From the NCBI GenBank assembly GCA_964247055.1, contig OZ176055.1, forward strand, positions 9,176,001 to 9,240,000: a stretch of 64,000 nt of DNA. The letters are read 5' to 3'. The position numbers and the translations under genes are program-made. Below the pieces are notes generated by a model. It did no database searches, was not told the DNA's origin, and saw nothing but the letters and a program-made list of their open reading frames with translations. Numbering within the stretch: the first letter of the stretch is position 1; each line of letters begins with the position of its first letter. Below are positions 40,025 through 51,800 of the stretch, in pieces. The stretch comes from Paragordius varius (lineage: Eukaryota > Animalia > Nematomorpha).

Positions 40025-40965
40025 GGTTGGTTGGTTTTTCCTAAGTCGTAAACGACTTTTTGGACATAGTTTTAACTATTTCTTTCCATTTTTTTCTATC
40101 TTTCACCGCTATATTGAGCTCTTTCAATGTCATTTTGGTCTCTTCTTTTATCGTATCCAACCACCTCATCGGTGGTCGGCCTCGTTTCCTTTGCCCTTCT
40201 ACCTTCCCAAACATTGTATCTTTCTCCAGAGAATTCAATCGCATGACATGATCAAAATATGTTAACTTTCTTTTTAAAATTATCTCCAGTATATTTGTTT
40301 TAGGTTTTAATATCGATTTTAGAGCTTTTCCATTTTTGTGGACATATTATGGAATCAATTTGGTTCTTATATTTACCACATGGAGAGGTCCATGTGTATA
40401 ACCTACTATTGTGTTGTGGAAACCATGTGTTGGTTATCATCATTTCATTTTCTTGACAAAAATTGATCAGTGCTTCACCGGCCTCGTTTCGTTCTCCCAA
40501 TCCATATGGGCCAACTACTTGATCTACCTCTACCGACTTTGCTGTTCCAATCCCCTCCTTTGATAATCATATCTCCTTTCTTCGTTTCCTCCAAAACTAT
40601 TTGCAACGTTGCATAAAAGTCCTCTATGTCTTCTTTGGGAGCGTTTGACGTAGGTGCATAGACTACTATGTATGTAAATTTAAGTGGCTTGGTATTCAGC
40701 CTAATACTCATGATTCTGGGTGTATATGGTGTATAACTAATGAGACTTTTATTTAATTTGTTTTTTATTAATACTGCAACGCCTTCTGATTTATGGTCAT
40801 CTCTCCCCGATCTTAACAATGTATAATTTTCGTTTTGTACTTTCGCGCTACCTTTTTGCTTGGTTTCCGTTAGACCCAGTATATCTAAGTTTAATCTTTC
40901 CATTTCCTTTTCAATTATCACTTGTTTTGTTTCTGTTAAGGAACGTACGTTCAGCACCAACTTTG
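40025..40965 (-). mobile_element. RTE/BovB-like LINE: AP-endonuclease domain joined directly to the C-terminal tail, RT deleted
   Basis: APE motifs NVRSL, LDILGLTETK, GVAVLI, VYAPT, GDWNSKVG, G.RNE.G, YTW..P, NQID, followed at ~40295 by KLTYFDHVMR..SLEK..MFGKVEGQRKRGRPPMRWLD. A short (AACC)3 tail lies at ~40030-40041. Confidence 0.92.
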
Positions 40966-41213
40966 AAAAGTCGCGTCAAGTTCATATAGTAAAACTATTT
41001 TTTGGCAGTAATATATGAGGGTGGTTTGCCATTGTCTTCCCTCTCACTTACCCTCTTTACAAAAAAAAATAAATATCTAGAATAAATAAAATTAAAGAGT
41101 GATCTTTATGATGTTGTTAATTTGGATAAATTATAAATATTAATATTTCACTCTATCTAGCAATCATAAAAAGATATAAAGAATTTATGGCTAGGCTAGT
41201 AAAAATAAAATAA

Positions 41214-42030
41214 TTAGGCACTAAGGAGTTGAGAAAAAAAAGAGATGATATGTATAACAATGATTTTTGATGACTTACACTGCTCAACAAGGTTTTGCAC
41301 CACCCCATTATTTTTGCATTTTCTGATACCTAATGGCATGAAAAGGCCAAAACATAAAAGAAAATTGAGGCCACCAATAGGATTTTTCCGAAATTTAATT
41401 TTTAAATTTGTATTTAATTTAAAAAAAACAATCATTCCTCGTGTACATATGTTTAAATATTCAAACGAACAAGTCGATACAAGTAATATTCCATGCATGA
41501 ATAACAAAATTCTAGGCATTAAATAAGATACTAAACAAGCTAAGAGCCAAAGTATTAAAAATCTAAAAGGGGCCTATGTATAGTGTGATAGATCCGGGCG
41601 GCTGCACAAGCTCTGCATATCCCCCAAGCGATCCAATTATAGATATGGCAAAGATAACAATAAGTAATCCTAAAGCTTGATAAGAGATTGCGAGCAAAAT
41701 CCAGGCAAATTGACATGTCAAATTAACCAATTCACAGAATAAAGTTAGATAAATTCTACAATTAAATTGAATAAAAAGATTAGGTAAACACAAATGGTCC
41801 AATCCCATAATAGTAAATTCAACTAAAAGTGGCTACACAACATCCATCTGAAATTAAAAATACAAAACAACCAATAATTTTAAAAAATAAAGTATATCCA
41901 CCAGGTATAAATAAAAGATTTTTTGTAAGAACCAACTCAAGAAAAAAAGCCTAATAACTACTCGAAAGAACGAAAACTAACAAAAAAATATAGCCTATCT
42001 GAAAGCCGAAGGTTTAAACCATAGAATGCC
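41214..42030 (-). pseudogene. Probable broken multi-pass (tetraspan-like) membrane protein gene
   Basis: Several hydrophobic minus-strand segments (ILLAISYQALGLLIVIFAISIIGSLGG; IGGLNFLLCFGLFMPLG; IIVIHIISFFSQLL). I could not build a stop-free spliced model and the family is not identified. Confidence 0.3.
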
Positions 42031-42849
42031 TTTTTTAGTATTTTTTTAAAAAATTTTTATACGTATTAAAAATTCACTTGAAAGAAAAAGACTAAATTTT
42101 GACGTTTAAGTCCGTACTATTTTTTTCTCTCTGATATTTAAATGACATATTTATATTCAAACGATAGAGTTTAAAACGCTTTAATAAATGATATTAAGTT
42201 TATAATATAATAACATTTTATTATAAAGTTATATTTAATTTTCTCTCGATTTTCTTTTGTTTTTGAAAAATTGAAAAACCTTTAATATTTCAAAATTCTG
42301 ATTGGCGGGATCAAAAATTTTTTCACATTCGGTTTTAAAACACTGAAATTAGTCATAATTTAAAAAGTTTGAGTGGTGGTGCTCAAAAATGTCCAAATTT
42401 GTCGACTAGTGTTATGAATTATATTACTCTTTAAATTACATTTAGCATACAAATAAAAAAAAACTCTGCAAAACAAAGATAAAGATTAATAATTACTGAA
42501 AGGAAACATATTTTTAAATATATTTATAGTATATAATAATATAAAATAATAATAATACTCTCCTTGAATTTCTTGCCGCTTTTAATCACATGGTTTCATG
42601 TATGAAAATTAAATTCTTTAAAAAAAATAAGTAGGATATATTTTGGTTTAATATGTTTTAGTATTTTATCATTTGTTATTCTGTTCCCAGTATACCGCCA
42701 TATACCTAGAGATCTATAATTTAGATGCTTTATTTTGTTTCAATCAGTTTTTGTGAGGGTCCAGGACTCACAGTTATAGTGCATTATTGGAAAAATTATA
42801 GATTCTATTACACGCTTTATAATGGAACTGGAAATTTTTTGTTTTTAAG

Positions 42850-43170
42850 AATGGATTTGAGTTTGATTATGTTGCATTTTTTACCATTGCAACTCTCTGG
42901 TCGTGTCGGTTAGAGGTGCCATTTAAAGTTATGTTCTGAGCAAGTATTTATGCTCTCCTTCCAGTTGTAATGATAAATTGGCTGTATTTGTCATCTATAA
43001 CGTTTTCTTGGGGTTAATTTTCAGCCCCCACTTGATGCTTTCGTGTTCTATTGTTTTTAAAATTCGCAATTAGTTCTCTTTTGTTTGGGTAAGAATGGTT
43101 GTGTCGTCGGCGAAACGCAAGTTATTAATGCCTCCAATTTTGAGGACTGCTGAATCGTCTTTTATTATTT
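42850..43170 (-). mobile_element. RTE-clade reverse transcriptase fragment (degenerate)
   Basis: The minus strand reads GGINNLRFADDTTILTQTKEN*LRILKTIEHESIKWGLKINPKKT, with the FADD catalytic motif at 43103-43114 and in-frame stops. Confidence 0.85.
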
Positions 43171-44145
43171 TTCTGATGTTTTCAGACTAGCAAAATCTTT
43201 AAAGGTTTTAAGGATATTATGATCTGTACGTAATTATAAAACATATCATGATCAAATATATATTATTTCCCAGTCTAAAAAACATTTTTTTCCCAAATAA
43301 TAAAATCGGTTTATTTTTTATATGATAAATATCAAAACAAAATATAAATTACTCTTAATCACTATGAGTATATCAAAAGGGGTATTATTTTTTGACAATT
43401 ATTTATTGCATTATTTATTATTTTACTCTAATATTGGGCAATCATTAAATGACCTAGTCTTATGAAATTTAAATTTTTTATGTAAAACCCATATATACCC
43501 AAATTTAACCTCAAATAATTCTTATTCTATCTCTTGACATGTCGAATGGCCTTAAAATCCAATTTCACTATAAAAGTAGGGTAGGTGCTTATGGATAAAA
43601 TATTCTAATTGAAATTATTGATAGGATTCATTCTGCCTTGCCTAAATTTTTAAACAAAAATAAAATCAAATATTTTATATAAAATTTCTTTTGATGAATA
43701 GTGTTTATATAGTTATTTAAAACAAATCATTCAAAAATACAAATTATCATCCTTGCATAAGGAGAATAGAAAAAATGATAAACTATATTATAGACTAAGT
43801 ATATATTAACGTCAAATCTTAAATATTCAGCCAGAACCACTATATTACCTTTAGAATGGTTTTGAAAGTTAAGGGAATTCGACATAAATGATTGAATATG
43901 ATATGTTTAAGGGTTAGATTAGATGTGTTAGATTATTATATAAAATATTTCATAAGACCAGATCATTCAATGATTGCGCAATTCGGAAGTAAAATAATGA
44001 TAAAATGCAATAATTGATTGTGCTGTCAAAAAATATTTTATAGAATGCTAATAATAATTTTAAGATGTTTTTATATCTTGTTTTGATTAATAATTGAAAA
44101 TAAAACCATTTGTATTGAATTGGAAAAGTTACGATTAGAGAAATT

Positions 44146-44262
44146 TTGGACTGGGAAATCGTTTTGATTGTTTGGGAAAACGTTTTGATTGACTGGGTAA
44201 ACATTTCCCTTCATTCAAATGTATCGATTGACTCAGAAAACGCGTCGATAGACTGGGAAACG
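44146..44262 (+). repeat. ~21-bp minisatellite (about 5 degenerate copies) followed by (TA)n
   Basis: GACTGGGAAA(A/T)CGTTTTGATT-like units; (TA)n at ~44264-44286. Confidence 0.7.
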
Positions 44263-44359
44263 GTATATATATATATATATATATATTCTGATAATGTAAT
44301 AAAATTCTCCCGGTGCTTTTGGTTTTCGGTCTTACGAGAGATATGAGAAAGCTATTACT

Positions 44360-47300
44360 AGTTTTATGACTATCCCGTTCTCCCTTCCTTCATCTACCAA
44401 GATTCGGAAAAAATTCGAGAATTGGGTAAATTTTCTGTTATCCATTCCTTCATCTACCAAGATTCGGAAAAATATTCCAGATTTGGAAAATATTCTGTTC
44501 TCCAATCCTTCATTCAACACTGAGAAATATCCAAGAGTTTGGGAATTATGCTGTTTGCCAATCCTTCACCCACCAATATTTCTAATATTCCGTTCCCCAA
44601 TCCTTTATCGACCTCGGGACCCTGTTCTCTATACATTTATCCACCAAGTTTCTAAAAAATATTCATAACAAGTCCCGTTTTTTCTTTCTTCCAACAAGAA
44701 TAAGGCAAAAATAAGAACTGGAGAAACATCCAGTTCTCCAATCCTTTCTCCAAGAAATATTCGAGAAATATCCTGTTCTCCATTCTTTCAACAAGTGTCG
44801 GAGAAACCCCTTTATTCCCTCATCCGCTAAGATTCTAAGAAATCTGTTTTCCAGTCCTACAAACTACAAGAGTCCAGAGAAATATTTAAGAATCGGAGAA
44901 TCCCGTTCTCAAATACTTCATCTACCAAGATTCGGAGAAATGTTCAAGAATTAGAAAAATTCTTTCTCTCCATTATTTTAATCAACAAGAGTCGGTGAAA
45001 TATCCAGGGCTCGAAAGTCCCTTCGCCAATCTTTTATCCAACAAGAGTCGGTGATATATCCAAAAGTTAGAATCCTGTTTTTCATTACTTGATCCACCCA
45101 GAGTCGGAGTAATATCCAAGAATAATAGAAATATCTCGTTCTCCATTTGTTCACCCAATAAAAGTCGGAGAAATCCAAGAGTTGGATTAATATCCCGTTT
45201 TCGATTTCGTCATTCAAGAAAGGTTGGCGAAATATCCAAGAGTTAGAAATATATTCCTTTCTCCGTATCTCCATCCAACAATTATTATATAACAACAGTT
45301 AGAGAAATATCCCGTTCTCCTGTTCTTCATCTAACACGAGATGGAGAAATATCGGGTTTCCATTTCATCCAACAAAAATTGGAGAATCCATTGAAGAAAT
45401 ATCCTTTTCCATTTTTTTATCCAACACGAGTTTGGTTTAAATCCCTTTTTCCATATTTTCATTCAACAAGAGATGAATAACAAGAGTTGGAGAAATATGC
45501 CGATTTCCATTTCTTCATCAAACAGGAAAATATCCCATTCTCCAGTTTTTCATCCAACAAGAGTTCAAGAAATATGCCGTTTTCCATTTCTTCATCCAAC
45601 AAAAGTTGGATAAATATCCAAGAGTTGGAGATATATCCCTTTCCCCTTTCTTCATCTGCAAAGAGTTGGAAATCCCTTTCTTTATTACCTCATCCAACAA
45701 GAGTTAGAGAGATATCCTTTTCTCCCTTTTTTCATCCAATAGAGGTAGATAGTTGGAGAGATCTTCCTTTCTTCCTTTATTCATCCAACAGGAGTTGAAT
45801 AGAATTCCAAGAATTGGAGAAATATCCACTTCTCTTGTTCTTTATCCAAACGCAAAAAAATATCCAGTTTTAAGAGATGGGAAAATGAGTTTTCTCGTTT
45901 TTCACTCAAAAAGAGGAAAAATACTTTCTTAATTCTTCATTAAACAAGAGATAGAGAAATATCCCTTTGTACATTTTTACGTCCCACAAGAGTTGGAGAA
46001 TTATCCCGTTCTCCATTTTTGAAACAACAGTTGGATAATTCAAGAGTTTGAAAAATATCCCCTTTTTCATGTTCATCCACAAAGAGTTTGAGAAAAATAC
46101 TTTGGCTATTTTTTCGTTCAACAAGATCTGGAGAAAATCGGCCGTTTGCGTTTTTTCTTCCAACAAGTTTTAGAGAATTAGAGAAAATCCCTTCCCCATT
46201 TCTTTATTCAATGGGAGTTGGGGAAATATCCGGTTAACCATTTCTTCATTTAACAAAAGTTGGAGAAATATCCTAATTGGAGATTTATCCCTTTTTCCAT
46301 ATCTTCATCAAGCAAGAGTTAAATAAATATGCCATTCTCCATTTATTTATCCAACAAAAGTTGGAGAAATAGCCTGTTATCATTTCTTAATCCACAAAAT
46401 TTAGAAAAAAAATTTTCTCCATTTTTTCATCCAACTAAGAGTTCGAGAAATATGCCCTTTCTAATTCTTCGTCCATTAAGAGTTGGGTAGTCTCCCTTTC
46501 TTCCCTTTTTCATCCAATAAGACTTGAACAGATTTCCAAGAATTTGTAAAAAATACGCTTTTCTTGTTTTTCATCTAACGCAAAGAAATAATAAAGGTAG
46601 GAGTAATATCCTGTTCTCCATTCGAATTTTCACGTTTTTCATCCACAAAGAGTTGAAAATACTCTCGCTATTTCATCGTTTAACAAGAGTTGGAGAAATA
46701 GGTCGTTTGCATTTCTTTTTCCAACAAGAGTTGGAGACTAAGATAAAATCCTTTTCTCCATTTCATCTTCCAAGAGTTGGGCAAATATCCAAGAGTTGGA
46801 GATATACCTTTCTCCTTTTCTTCATCCAGAGTTTAAAAAATATGCCGTTTTCCATTTCTTCATCCAACAAGATTTGAATGGATTTACAAGAATTGGAGAA
46901 ATATTCTGTTCTCCATTTATTCAACCAACAAAAGTTGAAGAAATATCCAAGAGTTAGGGATATATCCCTTTTTTCTTTTCTTTATCCGGCAAGAATTTGA
47001 CATATATCCCGCTCTCCATTTTTTAATCCAACAAAAGTTGGATAAATAAAAATTTGAAATATTAGTTTTCCATTTCTTCATCCACCTGGAGTTGGTGAAT
47101 GCTGTTTTACATGTTTTCATCCGCAAACAGTTGGAGAAAATCTCTTTCTTTATTGGTTCATGCAACAAGAGTTGAATAGATTTCCAATAATTCAGAGAAA
47201 TATCCCGTTCTCGTATTCTTCATTCAACGCGATTATGCCGGTCTCCATTTCTTTATCCAACAAAAGTTGGAGAAATAAAGAGTAATAATATCCCACTCCA

Positions 47301-47575
47301 TTTCTTCATCCAACAAAAGTTGAATAAATTTCCAAGAATTGGAAAGATATCCCGTTCTTCAGCCAAAACAAGTTGGATAAATATTCCTTTCTTTATTTCT
47401 TCTTCCGACAAGAGTTGGAGCAATATTCGGTTAACCATTTCTTCACCCAACAAAAGTTGGAGAAATATCCTAATTAGAGATTTATCCCTTTCTCCATATC
47501 TTCATTTAACAAGAGTTAAAGAAATATGCCGTTTTCCAATTCTTTATCAAACAAGAGTTAAATAATATTCTCAAC
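44360..47575 (+). repeat. Diverged 5' halo of the 42-bp satellite (module 2)
   Basis: The most distal units use CCAAGATTCGGA / CAACAAGAGTCGG cores (44360-45250) and grade into TCCAACAAGAGTTGGA cores. 47165-47580 is closely homologous to 13510-13910. Confidence 0.88.
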
Positions 47576-47593
47576 GAGAACGAATATATCATG

Positions 47594-48289
47594 TAATAAT
47601 TTGAATTCTCGTAAAATTTATTAAATTAAACTATGTCCAAAATTTTCGATACATGGGAGTATCTTTTTCAATGGATTAACTACAACAAAAGAAAATAATA
47701 ATCGATATAAGTAAAATAAAATTTGAAAAAAATATAATTATAAATTATGATAACAAAAAAAATGCAAATGTATGTCCATGTGTTATTGTTTTTTTCTTGC
47801 AGTGGTAAATATTTTAAAGTAATCTGTTTCTTTTAAGAAGTCTTTTGTAACTTTGTTAAGTTCTTTCCTCTCTTCTCTTCTGTTGATGATATGTATAATA
47901 TAGAGCGCTGGACAATCATTACATTTTTTGTGGCAGACCGTACATTCTTTTTTAGGTTCTCGGCGTGGTCTTAACAAACTTAATAAATTCTTTGGTGGTT
48001 TGTAATAAGCATGTACATCGTTTTCTATTCTCTTGGGTTTAATAAATTGTTTAATGAAAGAAACAGATTACTTTAAAGTATTTACCACTCCAAGAAAAAA
48101 ACAATAACACATAGACATACACTTTGCATTTTTTTGTTATCATAATTTATAATTATATTTTTTCAAATTTTGTTTTAATTATATATTATTTTTTTTGTTT
48201 TAGTTAATCCATTTAAAAGATACTCCCGTGTATCGAAAATTTTGGATATAATTTAATAAATTTTACGAGAATTCAAATTATTATTTTAA
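47594..48289. mobile_element. Foldback/MITE-like element, copy 2
   Basis: Paralog of 13916-14679 with the same inverted arms and right-end TTAA (48286-48289). The left TTAA is lost and ~75 bp of the core is deleted. Confidence 0.85.
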
Positions 48290-48299
48290 GTTAAATAAA

Positions 48300-48871
48300 T
48301 ATACCATTATCCATTTTTTCATCCAACAAGAGTTCGAGAAACATGCCGTTTTCCATTTCTTTATCCAACATAAGTTGGATAAATATTCAAGAGTTGGAAA
48401 TATACCCCTATCTCCTTTTCTTCATCCACAAAGAGTTGAAATCCCTTTCTCCATTTCCTCATCCAAGAGTTTATAGAAATATTCCATTCTCCATTTATTC
48501 ATCCAATAAGAGTTAGACAGTTGGAAAGATCTCCATTTCTCCCTTTTTTCATCCAACGAGAGTTGAATAGATTTCCAATCTGAGAAATATCCACTTCTCT
48601 TGTTCTTCATTCAAACGCAAAAAAATATCCAGTTTTTCATTAAAAATGGGAAAATATGGAGTTTTCTCGTTTTTCACCCACAAAGAGTTTGAGAAAAATA
48701 CTTTGTTCATTTCTTCATTCAAAAAGAGATGGACTTATCCCTTTCTATATTTTTATTTCCAACAAGAGTTGGAGAATTATCACGTTTTTCATTTTTAATA
48801 CAACAAGAGTTGAATGATCCAAGGGGAAAATATTTTTCATCCACAAAGAGTTTGCGAAAAATATTTTCTCA
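48300..48871 (+). repeat. Diverged monomer block before array 2
   Basis: Homologous to 14690-15025, plus ~250 bp that is absent in module 1. Confidence 0.8.
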
Positions 48872-51800
48872 AATCTCCAATTCTCCATTTCTTCATCCGA
48901 CTACCGCAGGAGAAATATTCAATTCTCCATTTCTTCATCCAACTACAGTTGGAGGAATATTCAATTCTTCTTTTCTTCATCCAAATACAGTTGGAGAAAT
49001 ATCCAATTCTTCATTTCTTCATCCAACTCCAGTTGGAGAAATATCCAATTCTTCATTTCTTCATCCACCTCCAGTTGGAGAAATTTCCAATTCTTCTTTT
49101 CTTCATCCAACTCCAGTTGGAGAAATTTCCAATTCTTCATTTCTTCATCCAACTCCAGTTGGAGAAATATCCAATTCTTCTTTTCTTCATCCAACTCCAG
49201 TTGGAGAAATATCCAATTCTTCATTTCTTCATCCAACTCCAGTTGGAGAAATATCCAATTCTTCATTTCTTCATCCAACTCCAGTTGGAGAAATATCCAA
49301 TTCTTCATTTCTTCCTCCAACTCCAGTTGGAGAAATATCCAATTCTTCTTTTCTTCATCCAACTCCAGTTGGAGAAATATCCAATTCTTCATTTCTTCCT
49401 CCAACTCCAGTTGGAGAAATATCCAATTCTTCTTTTCTTCATCCAACTCCAGTTGGAGAAATATCCAATTCTTCATTTCTTCATCCAACTCCAGTTGGAG
49501 AAATATCCAATTCTTCATTTCTTCATCCAACTCCAGTTGGAGAAATATCCAATTCTTCATTTCTTCCTCCAACTCCAGTTGGAGAAATATCCAATTCTTC
49601 TTTTCTTCATCCAACTCCAGTTGGAGAAATATCCAATTCTTCATTTCTTCCTCCAACTCCAGTTGGAGAAATATCCAATTCTTCTTTTCTTCATCCAACT
49701 CCAGTTGGAGAAATATCCAATTCTTCATTTCTTCCTCCAACTCCAGTTGGAGAAATATCCAATTCTTCTTTTCTTCATCCAACTCCAGTTGGAGAAATAT
49801 CCAATTCTTCATTTCTTCATCCAACTCCAGTTGGAGAAATATCCAATTCTTCATTTCTTCATCCAACTCCAGTTGGAGAAATTTCCAATTCTTCTTTTCT
49901 TCATCCAACTCCAGTTGGAGAAATATCCAATTCTTCATTTCTTCATCCAACTCCAGTTGGAGAAATTTCCAATTCTTCTTTTCTTCATCCAACTCCAGTT
50001 GGAGAAATATCCAATTCTTCATTTCTTCATGCAACTCCAGTTGGAGAAATTTCCAATTCTTCTTTTCTTCATCCAACTCCAGTTGGAGAAATTTCCAATT
50101 CTTCATTTCTTCATCCAACTCTTGTTGGAGAAATTACCAATTCTTCTTTTCTTCATCCAACTCCAGTTGGAGAAATATCCAATTCTTCATTTCTTCATCC
50201 AACTCCAGTTGGAGAAATATCCAATTCTTCATTTCTTCATCCAACTCTTGTTGGAGAAATATCCAATTCTTCATTTCTTCATCCAACTCTTGTTGGAGAA
50301 ATATCCAATTCTTCATTTCTTCCTCCAACTCTTGTTGGAGAAATATCCAATTCTTCTTTTCTTCATCCAACTCCAGTTGGAGAAATATCCAATTCTTCAT
50401 TTCTTCATCCAACTCCAGTTGGAGAAATTTCCAATTCTTCTTTTCTTCATCCATCTCCAGTTGGAGAAATATCCAATTCTTCATTTCTTCATGCAACTCC
50501 AGTTGGAGAAATTTCCAATTCTTCTTTTCTTCATCCAACTCCAGTTGGAGAAATTTCCAATTCTTCATTTCTTCATCCAACTCTTGTTGGAGAAATTACC
50601 AATTCTTCTTTTCTTCATCCAACTCCAGTTGGAGAAATATCCAATTCTTCATTTCTTCATCCAACTCCAGTTGGAGAAATATCCAATTCTTCATTTCTTC
50701 ATCCAACTCTTGTTGGAGAAATATCCAATTCTTCATTTCTTCATCCAACTCTTGTTGGAGAAATATCCAATTCTTCATTTCTTCCTCCAACTCGTGTTGG
50801 AGAAATATCCAATTCTTCTTTTCTTCATCCAACTCCAGTTGGAGAAATATCCAATTCTTCATTTCTTCATCCAACTCCAGTTGGAGAAATATCCAATTCT
50901 TCATTTCTTCATCCAACTCCAGTTGGAGAAATTTCCAATTCTTCTTTTCTTCATCCAACTCCAGTTGGAGAAATATCCAATTCTTCATTTCTTCATCCAA
51001 CTCCAGTTGGAGAAATATCCAATTCTTCATTTCTTCATCCAACTCCAGTTGGAGAAATTTCCAATTCTTCTTTTCTTCATCCAACTCCAGTTGGAGAAAT
51101 ATCCAATTCTTCATTTCTTCATCCAACTCCAGTTGGAGAAATATCCAATTCTTCTTTTCTTCATCCAACTCCAGTTGTAGAAATATCCAATTCTTCTTTT
51201 CTTCATCCAACTCCAGTTGGAGAAATATCCAATTCTTCATTTCTTCATCCAACTCCAGTTGGAGAAATATCCAATTCTTCATTTCTTCATCCAACTCCAG
51301 TTGGAGAAATATCCAATTCTTCTTTTCTTCATCCAACTCCAGTTGGAGAAATATCCAATTCTTCATTTCTTCATCCAACTCTTGTTGAGAAATATCCAAT
51401 TCTTCATTTCTTCATCCAACTCTTGTTGGAGAAATATCCAATTCTTCATTTCTTCATCCAACTCCAGTTGGAGAAATATCCAATTCTTCATTTCTTCATC
51501 CAACTCCAGTTGGAGAAATATCCAATTCTTCTTTTCTTCATCCAACTCCAGTTGGAGAAATATCCAATTCTTCTTTTCTTCATCCAACTCCAGTTGGAGA
51601 AATATCCAATTCTTCATTTCTTCATCCAACTCCAGTTGGAGAAATATCCAATTCTTCTTTTCTTCATCCAACTCCAGTTGGAGAAATATCCAATTCTTCT
51701 TTTCTTCATCCAACTCCAGTTGGAGAAATATCCAATTCTTCTTTTCTTCATCCAACTCCAGTTGGAGAAATATCCAATTCTTCTTTTCTTCATCCAACTC

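Noticed and set aside
42725-42913. 62-aa plus-strand ORF
   Set aside because: Its 3' part is antisense to the RTE RT fragment; no family recognised.
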